Notes under the pieces: generated by a model | What the model was told of the DNA's origin: nothing | What the model saw: the letters and a program-made list of their open reading frames with translations, nothing else | Databases searched by the model: none | Program-made: the position numbers and the translations under genes | Source: an uncultured Eubacteriales bacterium | GTDB taxonomy: Bacteria > Acidobacteriota > Aminicenantia > Aminicenantales > Saccharicenantaceae | NCBI GenBank assembly: GCA_964525875.1 | Contig: CAZGJS010000008.1 | Location: 9,556-73,555 of the forward strand | Length of the DNA: 64,000 nt | Reading direction: 5' to 3' | In this document: piece after piece, positions 7,676-16,599 of the stretch | Position numbering within the stretch: the stretch's first letter is position 1 | Layout: every line of letters begins with the position of its first letter

Positions 7676-9481
7676 CTATTTTGTCAATTTCCGCCGCGCT
7701 TTTCCGCCCTTGGCGTCCTTGACGCCCTCTTCGAACGGCTCCGTCAGGATGGGCACGACCCAGCCCTCCGGGCTTTCGGCGAAGGTCTCGATGTCCTCAT
7801 GCACGGCCAACGGGTACTTGAGCCCGTTGAACTGCCTGTCGAGATAATCCCCGAGCCCCTCCTTTCGCGGATACGGGAAGGCGATCCAGGCGTTCCGGTC
7901 GTAATAAACGCTTCCCGCCTTGACCGGCAGCATCCGCGTCTGGTTGTTCGAGCCGAACGAGTAGACGAATCCGCGCGAGACGTAATACCAAAGGCCGTGC
8001 TGGATATAGATGTAAGGCTGCTGGAGCGAGGCCTGGCCTCCGTTGAGGTTGGGCGTCGCCAGGTCGAGGTAGAGCGCCGCGAACCCGATCCCCTTGGCCT
8101 CGTCGAAAAGGCTGACCCAGGGCGTGTCGGGCCGGAGCACGGCGGCGTGGGCCGGATGCATTTTCGAAGCCGCGAAGTCGAGGATTTCCGTCTTCCCGTC
8201 CCTTTTGAAAGCCGCCTTGGAGAAGACCGCCGCGTTGAAGACGACTTCGGCGTTCCGCAGGGCCATGACGAAGAGGTCGTCCTTGATGTCCGTCACAGAC
8301 TCGACCATGACCACGGGCGAGCCGGCGTAGAAATGGTAGCGCAGGCCGATGTCGACGCCCTTGGGGAAGGGCAGGCTGCCGTTGAGGTTGAGCGAGTAGA
8401 AGACCGGCCCCGCGACCTCGGTCGCTTCCGGGTTCGACCAGTCGGAACTGTGGTACCAGGCGTGCGGCGGCGCGTAGACGTCGGGGTTCCAGTGGATGGC
8501 GCCGTTGGTCTCGAGCTTATGCTCGAGCTGGATCTTCGTTGTCTTCTCGACGATCTCGTAGATGACGCCGCTTTTCTCTTGGAGGACGATCTTGTAGAAG
8601 GCGTTCTCGATCGTCCGGCCGAGGTCCTTGCCCTTCTTCACGCTGAGATCGGTCTTGTAGACCGGCTTCTTCGCCTTGGGATTGTTGTAAAAAACGAGGT
8701 AGGTGGCCTTCTCGCCCGGCTTGAGGTCGGCGAGGAATGCGACGCTGAACGAAGTCGTCGGGTGGTAGCGGACGACCCGTTCGCCCGTTTTCGCGTCCTT
8801 TTCCTCGATGGCCAGGATCTTCGGGTCGTTCCAGGTGGCCACGTCGTAGACCTGGCTGGGGATCTCTTTGTAAACGATTTCGTCGCCCTTGCGCTCGGCC
8901 CTCACGATGCGGATCTCGTCCGGCGAGCGCAGGTAATTAGCGAGGACGCCGACCGTGGCGTGGACGGGGTAGCCGACCCTTGCGAAGCCGTGCTCCTCGG
9001 AGAGGACGAGCGAGAGATAATTTTTCCAGGCCGGGTCCCAGTAGCCCTTGCCGGACGGCGACCGGAGAGCCGCCACAATAAATTCTTTCTTACCGGATTT
9101 CGCTTCGACGAGCTCGAGGCGCATCTCGGACTTAGTGTTCGGACGCCAGTTGAACCGGACCTTGATGTCGAACACGAGCCGTCCGCCCGCGTCTTTGAGC
9201 CCGTTTTTGTCCACTTCCCGGCCGCCCTGATAAACGATGAAGTCTCTCGCGCGCGCCCCGTCGATCGCGACGCGGCCGACGCTCCAGGTCGAGTCCTCGA
9301 GCCCGGCCTGTACAGAGGGGTTGACGAAGCTGCACTTGACGAAATACCACGGTTCGCCGCCGACCGGGTAGCCGAACTCCGGTTCGGCCGCGCCCAGCCT
9401 GGCCGTCCCCGCCGCGACGGCCATGGCCCCGAATAGAAGAACGGCGACGATCATCAAAGACGTTCCCTTGTTCTTGTTCAT
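7676..9481 (-). CDS. hypothetical secreted protein (601 aa), unknown function
   Basis: N-terminal signal peptide. It is tightly packed between the SSF transporter and the DsbD-N-like gene. No motif was recognised. Confidence 0.6.
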   Translation of the reverse strand: MNKNKGTSLMIVAVLLFGAMAVAAGTARLGAAEPEFGYPVGGEPWYFVKCSFVNPSVQAGLEDSTWSVGRVAIDGARARDFIVYQGGREVDKNGLKDAGGRLVFDIKVRFNWRPNTKSEMRLELVEAKSGKKEFIVAALRSPSGKGYWDPAWKNYLSLVLSEEHGFARVGYPVHATVGVLANYLRSPDEIRIVRAERKGDEIVYKEIPSQVYDVATWNDPKILAIEEKDAKTGERVVRYHPTTSFSVAFLADLKPGEKATYLVFYNNPKAKKPVYKTDLSVKKGKDLGRTIENAFYKIVLQEKSGVIYEIVEKTTKIQLEHKLETNGAIHWNPDVYAPPHAWYHSSDWSNPEATEVAGPVFYSLNLNGSLPFPKGVDIGLRYHFYAGSPVVMVESVTDIKDDLFVMALRNAEVVFNAAVFSKAAFKRDGKTEILDFAASKMHPAHAAVLRPDTPWVSLFDEAKGIGFAALYLDLATPNLNGGQASLQQPYIYIQHGLWYYVSRGFVYSFGSNNQTRMLPVKAGSVYYDRNAWIAFPYPRKEGLGDYLDRQFNGLKYPLAVHEDIETFAESPEGWVVPILTEPFEEGVKDAKGGKARRKLTK

Positions 9482-11259
9482 CTTCCCTCCCAGTCGATTT
9501 TCGCGATGACTCTGGAAAGCAGGAAGGCCGCCAGCCCTCCCGCCGCAAGATAAGCCGCGCCCGCGCCGAGGCCAATGAAGATGACCTTCCCCAACCCGAG
9601 GAGCAGGAAGAGGATCATGAGCACGGCCAGCCCCCAGCCGAGGAAAGGCGCGGCCTGAAGCTTGTAGGCCCCGCCGTTGAGGCGGGCGATGGGGCCCCAG
9701 AAACCGCCCGGCCGGACCTTCCGGTAGAAGGCGAGGAGCTTGACCTCGTCATCCGGCTTCGTCAGGAACGTCGCGGTGATCCAGGCCGCTGTCGTGACGG
9801 CCACGATGAGCAGGATGCCGACGCCCCACGCGTCGACCCTGAACCCGGCCCTCTCCAGCCCGTTCCCCAGTCCCCGGATGAGCGCGTTGTCGGGAAATAT
9901 CTTGAGATAGACAGCCGTCGCCGCGGACGCGCTGAGGGCCGCGATCTCCGACCAGGCGTTGACCCGCCACCAGTACCAGCGGAGCAGAAGAACGAGCCCG
10001 ATCCCGGCCGAGAGCTCCATGACGAGCTGCCAGCCCATTTTGACGCTGCCGAGGACATAGGAGAAACCGGCCCCGAGGAGCGAAACGAAGATGACCAGCA
10101 CGCGCGAAGCCGCCACGTAATGCTTTTCGCTCGCGTTTTTCCTGATGAAGGGCCGGTAGAAGTCGTTGAGGAGGAAGGAGCCCGAGAGGTTGACGATGGA
10201 TTCGATCGTGGACATGAAGGCGGCGAAGAGCGAAGCGACGACGAGCCCCATGATCCCCTTCGGCAAAAAGGCGAGCATCCGGGGATAGGCCGCCTCCATC
10301 TCGCCCGGCGAGGCCCCGGTGATGCCGGGAAAAAGGACGAGCGCCGCCAGGGCCGTCAGGATCCAGGGCCAGGGCCGGATGACGTAGTGGGCGATGGTGA
10401 ACCAGAGCGTCCCTTTGACGGCGTGCCTGGCGTCCTTTCCGGCCAGCATCCTCTGGGCGATCCAGCCGCCGCCTCCCGGCTCGGCGCCGGGGTAATAGAC
10501 CGCCCACCACTGGACGAACAGGGCGACGAAGAAGGCCAGGGGCAGGGCCTGCCCGAGCGGCGGGAAGACCGAAAGATAGTCTTTGCCCGTCCCGGCGCCG
10601 AGCGCCCTGGCGGTCTCGATGATCGCGCCGATGCCGCCGGCCTTCTCGACCGAAACGACGGAGAGGATGATGGAGCCCAGCATGGCCACGCCGAAGAGGA
10701 GCATGTCCGTCGCTACGACGCCCCACAGTCCGGACAGCGTCGTGTAGAAAACCGTCAGCCCGAGACAGATAGCCAGGGCGGCGACGCCGCTCGTCCCGAA
10801 GATGATCTGGATGATCTTGACCATGGCCAGGGTCACCCAGCCGAAGGTGATGCAGGAGACCGGGATGCCGAGGTAGAGAGCCTTGAATCCCCGCAGGAAC
10901 CGCGCCGCCCGCCCCGAATAGCGGATGTCGATGAATTCGACCTCAGTCACGACCTCGGCCCGCCGCCAGAGGTGGGCGAAGAAAAGGACGGTCAGGGCGC
11001 TGCCGAGCATGAAGTTCCACCAGAACCAGTTGCCGGAAACGCCGTCCTTGATGACGATGCCGGTGACGGCGAGCGGCGTGTCGGAGGAGAAGGTCGTGGC
11101 CACCATGGACGTTCCGAGGAGCCACCAGGGCAGGCTCCGCCCGCTCAGAAAATACTCGGAGATGCTCTTCCCCGCTTTCTTCGAATAGTAGAGCCCGATG
11201 CCGATGGACAGGACGAAGTACCAGACGATGAAGATCCAGTCGACGGCGGCGAGCTTCAT
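9478..11259 (-). CDS. sodium:solute symporter family (SSF) transporter
   Basis: 593 aa with about 13-14 TM segments. Has the SSF hallmarks: GRSLPWW near the N-terminus and a GG..A..G...ST...N region. Confidence 0.85.
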   Translation of the reverse strand: MKLAAVDWIFIVWYFVLSIGIGLYYSKKAGKSISEYFLSGRSLPWWLLGTSMVATTFSSDTPLAVTGIVIKDGVSGNWFWWNFMLGSALTVLFFAHLWRRAEVVTEVEFIDIRYSGRAARFLRGFKALYLGIPVSCITFGWVTLAMVKIIQIIFGTSGVAALAICLGLTVFYTTLSGLWGVVATDMLLFGVAMLGSIILSVVSVEKAGGIGAIIETARALGAGTGKDYLSVFPPLGQALPLAFFVALFVQWWAVYYPGAEPGGGGWIAQRMLAGKDARHAVKGTLWFTIAHYVIRPWPWILTALAALVLFPGITGASPGEMEAAYPRMLAFLPKGIMGLVVASLFAAFMSTIESIVNLSGSFLLNDFYRPFIRKNASEKHYVAASRVLVIFVSLLGAGFSYVLGSVKMGWQLVMELSAGIGLVLLLRWYWWRVNAWSEIAALSASAATAVYLKIFPDNALIRGLGNGLERAGFRVDAWGVGILLIVAVTTAAWITATFLTKPDDEVKLLAFYRKVRPGGFWGPIARLNGGAYKLQAAPFLGWGLAVLMILFLLLGLGKVIFIGLGAGAAYLAAGGLAAFLLSRVIAKIDWEGR

Positions 11260-11423
11260 TGTTTCGCCCGGTAGATGAGGGTGCCGACGAGGATAAAGAC
11301 CGCCGCCGCAAGGAACACGGTCAGCCGCTGGGCCGGCGTCTTGCAGAAAAAGACGCCGAAAATGACGAGGGGGAAGCCGATGCCCCAGAACCCCAGGGCC
11401 ATGGGCCGATATTCTTTTCTCAT
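11256..11423 (-). CDS. small membrane protein (55 aa) translationally coupled to the SSF transporter; putative symporter small subunit (DUF4212-like)
   Basis: Manual translation gives MRKEYRPMALGFWGIGFPLVIFGVFFCKTPAQRLTVFLAAAVFILVGTLIYRAKQ. A GGAGGGG RBS lies 4 nt upstream. The TGA stop overlaps the SSF ATG (ATGA). It is below the 60-aa cutoff of the ORF track. Confidence 0.5.
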   Translation of the reverse strand: MRKEYRPMALGFWGIGFPLVIFGVFFCKTPAQRLTVFLAAAVFILVGTLIYRAKQ

Positions 11424-11434
11424 GCCCCTCCGGA

Positions 11435-11497
11435 CAAGAGAGTACCGGGTCTACGCAATGCTAGTTTTTGGCATTGCGTAGACCCGGTACTCTCTTG
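11435..11497. repeat. perfect 27-bp-stem inverted repeat (hairpin) with a 9-nt loop, in the leader upstream of the small ORF/SSF operon and downstream of usp
   Basis: caagagagtaccgggtctacgcaatgc - tagtttttg - gcattgcgtagacccggtactctcttg. No adjacent U-tract on either strand. Confidence 0.7.
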
Positions 11498-11504
11498 TTG
11501 TGCC

Positions 11505-12371
11505 CTACTGTTCCCGGGGAATGGCGAAAACGGGAACGCGGCTGTGGGCGACGACTTTCTCGGTCGTGCTGCCCAGGAAGAACCGGGCCAGCCTGTGCAC
11601 GGTCGTCGACATGACGATAAGGTCGAACCCCTTCGTCTCGGCGTAGTCGATGATCCCCTCATAGCTGTGGACGGCCTTGGTGACGTCTTCGGTGATCTCG
11701 ACGTCCTCGTGCTCCCTTTTCTTGCGGGCCTGGAGCTTCTTGAGGACAGAGGCGAACATCTCGTCGGTCAGCCGGAACTCGTGGCCGAAGAGCTCGAGGA
11801 CATAGAGAAACTTGAGGCTCGCTTTCAAGCTTTTGGCCAGTTTCCAGGCGTGGTCGCGCTCGAAGTCCTCCTCGACGGTGAAGTCCGTCGGGACGAGGAT
11901 CTTCTTGATGGCGTCCGGCCGGGCCTTGGTCCCCTTGGTCACGAGCACCGGGACGTGGGCGCTCCTCAGGACCTGGTGGGTGACGCTGCCGATGAGGTTC
12001 TGTTCGCGGCCGGAGATGCCCTTGCGGCCGACGACGATGAGGTCGGCGCCTTCCTGCCTGGCCGTCTCCAGGATGACCTTGGCCGCCGAGCCCTCGCGGA
12101 TGACGACCTTGTCGACGCAGATCCCTTCGGTCTTGCAGACGTGGTCGAGCTGGGCTTGGGCGCTTATCTTGGTGGCCTCGATCTTGCCGGCCAGTTCGGC
12201 CTGGGCGTCAGGCCACATCTCATAGAGCGCCGGAGAGAAATCGGGCACGACATGAAGGGCCGTCAGCTTGGCCCCGAAGGTTTTTGCGAAGAAACCGGCG
12301 TAGGCCATGGCTTCCTTCGATTCCTCGGAAAAATCCGTGGCCCAGAGGACGTTCTTGATGGGATGCGTCAT
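11505..12371 (-). CDS. tandem-domain universal stress protein (UspA family)
   Basis: Two Usp domains, each with ...LHVV..., and a GxxGxxxxLLGSVT-type ATP-binding motif (VGRKGISGREQNLIGSVT). Confidence 0.85.
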   Translation of the reverse strand: MTHPIKNVLWATDFSEESKEAMAYAGFFAKTFGAKLTALHVVPDFSPALYEMWPDAQAELAGKIEATKISAQAQLDHVCKTEGICVDKVVIREGSAAKVILETARQEGADLIVVGRKGISGREQNLIGSVTHQVLRSAHVPVLVTKGTKARPDAIKKILVPTDFTVEEDFERDHAWKLAKSLKASLKFLYVLELFGHEFRLTDEMFASVLKKLQARKKREHEDVEITEDVTKAVHSYEGIIDYAETKGFDLIVMSTTVHRLARFFLGSTTEKVVAHSRVPVFAIPREQ

Positions 12372-12459
12372 TCTAAAATCTCCTTGATCTAAGGGGTATC
12401 TTCAGTTTACACGGGACGGGGCGAAAAGGGAAGGGGGCCGGGCGGGCCGAAAAAAATGC

Positions 12460-12487
12460 TTGACAAATGCGCCAGCTGTACTATAAT
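12460..12487 (+). promoter_or_regulatory. sigma70-type promoter (TTGACA - 16 bp - TATAAT) for the GntR/ABC operon; the -10 region is embedded in the direct repeat TACTATAATA / TACAGTAATA (candidate autoregulatory operator)
   Basis: Both hexamers match the consensus exactly. A GGAGG RBS sits at 12504 and the GTG start at 12514. Confidence 0.5.
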
Positions 12488-12513
12488 ATTAATACAGTAA
12501 TACGGAGGCGACG

Positions 12514-12921
12514 GTGCTGATCAAGGTCGACACGAGAGGCTTCGTGCCCCTCTACGAACAGGTCAAGGCGGAAATCCGCAGGCTGGCCGCCCTCGGGGCA
12601 GTCAAGCCGCACGACCCGCTGCCCTCGATCCGCGAGCTCGCGGCCGAGATTCTGGTCAATCCCAACACTGTGGCCCGGGCCTACCGCGAACTCGAACAGG
12701 AAGGGCTGATCTATACGCAGAAGGGCCGCGGCTCGTTCTTGTCCGTCCGGAGAGCCCAGGAAATGGGCAGGGACATCGAGGCCCATCTGAACCGGAAGAT
12801 GGACGAGGCCGTACGGGAGATCAGGAAATTCGGGCTGAGCCCGGCTGAGGTCCGAAAGCTGTTCGCGGACAGCCTGCGGCGCTTTGAGGAGAACGGACGC
12901 AGAGGAGGCGGGGATGAGTGA
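12514..12921 (+). CDS. GntR-family transcriptional regulator (YtrA-like subfamily; short C-terminal domain)
   Basis: Winged HTH: ...LPSIRELAAEILVNPNTVARAYRELEQEGLIYTQKGRGSFL. GTG start. Followed by ABC ATPase and permease genes. Confidence 0.8.
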   Translation: MLIKVDTRGFVPLYEQVKAEIRRLAALGAVKPHDPLPSIRELAAEILVNPNTVARAYRELEQEGLIYTQKGRGSFLSVRRAQEMGRDIEAHLNRKMDEAVREIRKFGLSPAEVRKLFADSLRRFEENGRRGGGDE

Positions 12922-13795
12922 GCTGCTGAAGATCGAAAAACTCTCCAAGGGATTCGGTGGGCGCGCCGTCCTTCGGGAAGTCGGCTTTTCGGTCGATCCT
13001 GGCAAGGTTTACGGGCTCCTCGGCCGGAACGGCGAGGGAAAGACGACGCTCATCCGGACGATCATGGGGGTCATCCCTCGCGACGCGGGCGTCATCACGT
13101 TTAAGGGACGCGCCTTGACGTTCGGCGACGCGGACTATAAAAAGGAGATCGGCTACATCCCCGAAGACGCGTTCTTTTACGGCGGCATGTCCGTCGGCGG
13201 CCTGCTCGAATTCAACGGCCGTTTTTTTCCGAAGTGGGACGCGCGGAAGGCTGCGGACGACTTGAAGAGGTTTGCGCTCGACCCGGCCGCCAAAGTCCGG
13301 ACGCTTTCCCGCGGCCAGCAGCTCAAGCTCGCCTTCGTCGCGGCCCTGGCCGCCCGGCCCGAGCTCCTGCTCCTCGACGACCCGACTTCGGGTCTCGACG
13401 TTCCGACGCGGCAGGACTTCCTCCGTGACGTCATCCGGGAGCTCGCGGCCGGCGGGACGGCCGTCCTCTTCTCAACCCACCTCGTCCACGAGCTCGAACG
13501 GATCGTCGACCATCTCTTCATCCTTCACGGCGGCCGGATCGTCCTCGATGAGTCTTATGAAAAGGTCAAGAGCCTGGCGCGGCGTGCCGTCCTCGGCTTC
13601 GACACAGAACCTCCGGAAAGCCCCGCTCTGGACAGCGTCCTCAGCCAAAGACGGATGGGGAAAGACCTCGAACTCATCATCTATCCCTGGAGCGAGGCGG
13701 TGGAGAGAACGCTCCGGGCCTTGAACGCGGCCCGCCTGGAGATCGAACCTCTCAGCCTCGAGGATATTTTCACGAGCTTCGTCCGAGAGGCCTGA
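12914..13795 (+). CDS. ABC transporter ATP-binding protein
   Basis: Walker A GRNGEGKTT, signature LSRGQQ, Walker B LLLLDDPTSGLD. The start at MSELLK overlaps the GntR stop. Confidence 0.85.
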   Translation: MSELLKIEKLSKGFGGRAVLREVGFSVDPGKVYGLLGRNGEGKTTLIRTIMGVIPRDAGVITFKGRALTFGDADYKKEIGYIPEDAFFYGGMSVGGLLEFNGRFFPKWDARKAADDLKRFALDPAAKVRTLSRGQQLKLAFVAALAARPELLLLDDPTSGLDVPTRQDFLRDVIRELAAGGTAVLFSTHLVHELERIVDHLFILHGGRIVLDESYEKVKSLARRAVLGFDTEPPESPALDSVLSQRRMGKDLELIIYPWSEAVERTLRALNAARLEIEPLSLEDIFTSFVREA

Positions 13796-13812
13796 AGGGA
13801 GCGGGAGGCACC

Positions 13813-15753
13813 ATGTTCAAAACTTTGGTCATCAAGGAATGGAAGGAAAAAGCCCTCATCGCCGTCTTCGGACTGGGGCTGATGGTCGTATTTCTGGCCG
13901 CCTTTCTGATCTTCGGAGATAACCAGGACCTTCGCGATCTCATCCCGGCCGGATTCATGATCGTCCTTTTCCCTTTCCTTGGACTGATGCTCGGCGCCGG
14001 GGCCTTCGAGTCCGAGTTTCGGAATGACTCTTGGGCCTACCTTCTCTCGCGCCCGGTCAGGAAAGAGACGATCTGGCTGGCCAAGCTCACAGCCCTCCTG
14101 TCGATCATGGCCGTCTTCTGGCTGGTTTTCATCGGATTGATGGCGGTCGTGCCGGGGCTCGGCGAAGTTGTCCGAGGCTTTAGGTTTCCGGAGATCCTCG
14201 ACGCGGGGCTTGAGTTCTTCCCCCTCATACTTCTCAGCTCCGTCTTCTATTTCTCGGTCGCCTTCTCCCTGTCCATCCTCTCCGAACGGCAACTCAGCCT
14301 GGTGTTCGGATCGTTCTTCCTCGGCTTCATCCTGCAAGGCGCCCTGTCCTACTTCGCTTTTCAGGCCGGAGGCCGGGGTTTGCTGTCACATGCCGGCCGT
14401 TTTCCCGGGCTCGACGCCTTCAAACTGGCTTTGATTTTGTCGAGTCTGGCCTTTCTCGGGGCCTCTCTGCTCACGTTCATAAAAGCCGATTTTTCACAGC
14501 CCAAGAAAAAAATACTGACGCTGGCCAAGTATTCCATTGTCTTCCTGATCCTGGCCTGGCTCCTGGCTGCGACCTGGCCCGCCGTCCGGCCGGGTCCAAA
14601 GGAAGTGCTCGAGTCCGGGATCGATATCGTGGGCGGAGAGGCCTTTTTCTCCACGACTAGGGGGCTTTATCGTTACGATATCGCAAGCGACAAACTCAAG
14701 AAGATCGCTAGGGGGCGCGCCAATTCCCACAGCGTGATCGGCGGCGGCAAGGTCCTTTACGTCGTCGGATGGGATTATCCTGAAGGCCCGGCGCTTAGTG
14801 TCGTGAACACAGATGGCTCGGGCAAGCGGCGGCTGGCCGGGGGTGGGCAGGGCGATCTGGGGGTCTACCTGTGGTTCTTGGACTTCTTGCCGTCCCCGGA
14901 CGGGAAAAAAGCCGTTTTCCTCTTCGAGGAGGTCGACGAGACGTCACGCAGATCCCACGTAAAATCGTTAGCGTCGATCCGGACCGACGGGTCGGGATTG
15001 ATCAGGCTTCCCCCGCTCGACCCCGGCCTGGCGGGGATGGAAAAAGAGTATTCCTGGCTCGGGATCAATGCCTGGCTCTCGTCCCCGGACCGTCTGCTCT
15101 TCATATCGCGTCCCCAGGAGGCCCGAGTTGGTCTGTGGACGTACAACCTGGCCACCGGAGCTCAAGCGCGCCTCTTCGAGGGTCCCCGGCTCGGCCATTG
15201 TTCCGTATCCCCCAGCTACGATATGGCTCTGATCGTCCATGAGCCGGAAGTCAAGGGGCCGATAGAGTTGTCCCTTTTGGATCTCGCGAACGGGGGAGTG
15301 GTGCCCGTGATGACGGTCGACAGCGCGCCGGGCTCCATCTGGTTTTCGGTCCTGCAAATCGCCTGGAACCGGAAAGGGGACCGGGCAGCGTTCCTCGTCC
15401 AAAATATCCCCGGGGGTTTTACGCCGGCGGTTTATATACTGCCAGAACGACACGTCATCATGTCGAAGGACGCCAAATTGGAAGGAACGCCGACTCAGAG
15501 GCCCTCGCTGGGCTGGGTCGGCGACGAGAGGCTCGTGGCCGGGAGCCCTCGAGAACGCTCGGTGAGAATCCTCGGCCCGGGCTTGGCTGTCGAAAAAACG
15601 ATCCCCGTCCCGGATTCCATCGACGAACGATTTGCGATATACACCGCGGGCGATACCGTCCTTCTTCAGGACTTCAGAAATGATTCGAGCTGGCGGCCGG
15701 CTTCTATCTGGCGCATGGACCTCAAGACGGAAAAGTGGAAAAGGATCTGGTGA
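13813..15753 (+). CDS. ABC-2 type permease fused to a C-terminal periplasmic beta-propeller (TolB/WD40-like) domain
   Basis: The N-terminal ~250 aa have 6 TM segments. The C-terminal ~390 aa are soluble with repeated blade-like units. Confidence 0.7.
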   Translation: MFKTLVIKEWKEKALIAVFGLGLMVVFLAAFLIFGDNQDLRDLIPAGFMIVLFPFLGLMLGAGAFESEFRNDSWAYLLSRPVRKETIWLAKLTALLSIMAVFWLVFIGLMAVVPGLGEVVRGFRFPEILDAGLEFFPLILLSSVFYFSVAFSLSILSERQLSLVFGSFFLGFILQGALSYFAFQAGGRGLLSHAGRFPGLDAFKLALILSSLAFLGASLLTFIKADFSQPKKKILTLAKYSIVFLILAWLLAATWPAVRPGPKEVLESGIDIVGGEAFFSTTRGLYRYDIASDKLKKIARGRANSHSVIGGGKVLYVVGWDYPEGPALSVVNTDGSGKRRLAGGGQGDLGVYLWFLDFLPSPDGKKAVFLFEEVDETSRRSHVKSLASIRTDGSGLIRLPPLDPGLAGMEKEYSWLGINAWLSSPDRLLFISRPQEARVGLWTYNLATGAQARLFEGPRLGHCSVSPSYDMALIVHEPEVKGPIELSLLDLANGGVVPVMTVDSAPGSIWFSVLQIAWNRKGDRAAFLVQNIPGGFTPAVYILPERHVIMSKDAKLEGTPTQRPSLGWVGDERLVAGSPRERSVRILGPGLAVEKTIPVPDSIDERFAIYTAGDTVLLQDFRNDSSWRPASIWRMDLKTEKWKRIW

Positions 15754-15794
15754 GCGAGTAAACGGGCCTATCAGCAAAAGGGGGGTAGTGGCCC

Positions 15795-16577
15795 TCAGTA
15801 CTTCTGCCAGTCCGGCTTGTGGTCGTGAACCCAATTGTAGTAGTAAGCCATCTTCAACTCCGCTGCGGCGTCCTTGTCGAGGATAATGACCGTCCTCGGG
15901 TGCATCTGGAGGACGGAGCCGGGGACCATGGCGGTGATCGGGCCCTCGACCATCTTAGCCACCGCCGCTGCTTTTTTCTTCCCGAAGGCCAGGAGCAGGC
16001 ACATCTTGCTGTCCATGATCGTGCCCAGGCCCATGGTGATGACGTGTGTCGGGACGCCATCGTGCCCCCCGAACCCGGCCGCCGTGTCCAGTCGCGATTC
16101 GTCGGTCAGCGTCTTGATCCGGGTCCTCGAAGAGAGCGAGGAGGACGGCTCGTTGAAGCCGATGTGGCCGTTCGTGCCGATGCCGAGGACCTGGACGTCG
16201 ATGCCTCCGGCCGAGCGGATGGCCTGTTCGTACTGCCGGCAGTAGGAGGGGATGTCGGCGGTCAGGCCGTCCGGGATGTTGATCCGCTCCTTGGGCATGT
16301 CGATTTGGCTGAAGAGATGGGCCCACATGTAGCTGTGGAACGAGGAGGGATGGGCCGGCGGGATGCCGACGTACTCGTCGAGGTTGAAGCTGGTCACGCC
16401 GCCGAAGTCGAGGCCCGACTCCCGGTGCATGAGGACGAGGTTCCGGTAGAGCTGAAGCGGTGTGTTGCCTGTGGCGAAGCCGAGCACGGCGTGGGGTTTT
16501 TCCCTGACGAGGCGGGCGACGATGCGGGCCGCGATCTGGCTGGCGTGTTGGCTGTCGGGCTGGATGATGATTTCCAT
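15795..16577 (-). CDS. nagB: glucosamine-6-phosphate deaminase
   Basis: MEIIIQPD... with GFATGNTP, LDEYVG and GIGTNGHIGFNEP motifs. Confidence 0.9.
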   Translation of the reverse strand: MEIIIQPDSQHASQIAARIVARLVREKPHAVLGFATGNTPLQLYRNLVLMHRESGLDFGGVTSFNLDEYVGIPPAHPSSFHSYMWAHLFSQIDMPKERINIPDGLTADIPSYCRQYEQAIRSAGGIDVQVLGIGTNGHIGFNEPSSSLSSRTRIKTLTDESRLDTAAGFGGHDGVPTHVITMGLGTIMDSKMCLLLAFGKKKAAAVAKMVEGPITAMVPGSVLQMHPRTVIILDKDAAAELKMAYYYNWVHDHKPDWQKY

Positions 16578-16599
16578 GCTGTTCTCCTTCGGGGCGCGG

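Noticed and set aside
9749-11311. ORFs 9749..10726 (-), 10120..11274 (+) and 10943..11311 (-) overlapping the SSF transporter
   Set aside because: They are shadow frames. The SSF frame has clear TM periodicity and the conserved family motifs.
11275-11481. 68-aa ORF 11275..11481 (+)
   Set aside because: It is antisense to the small membrane ORF and the hairpin. No RBS. It is likely spurious.
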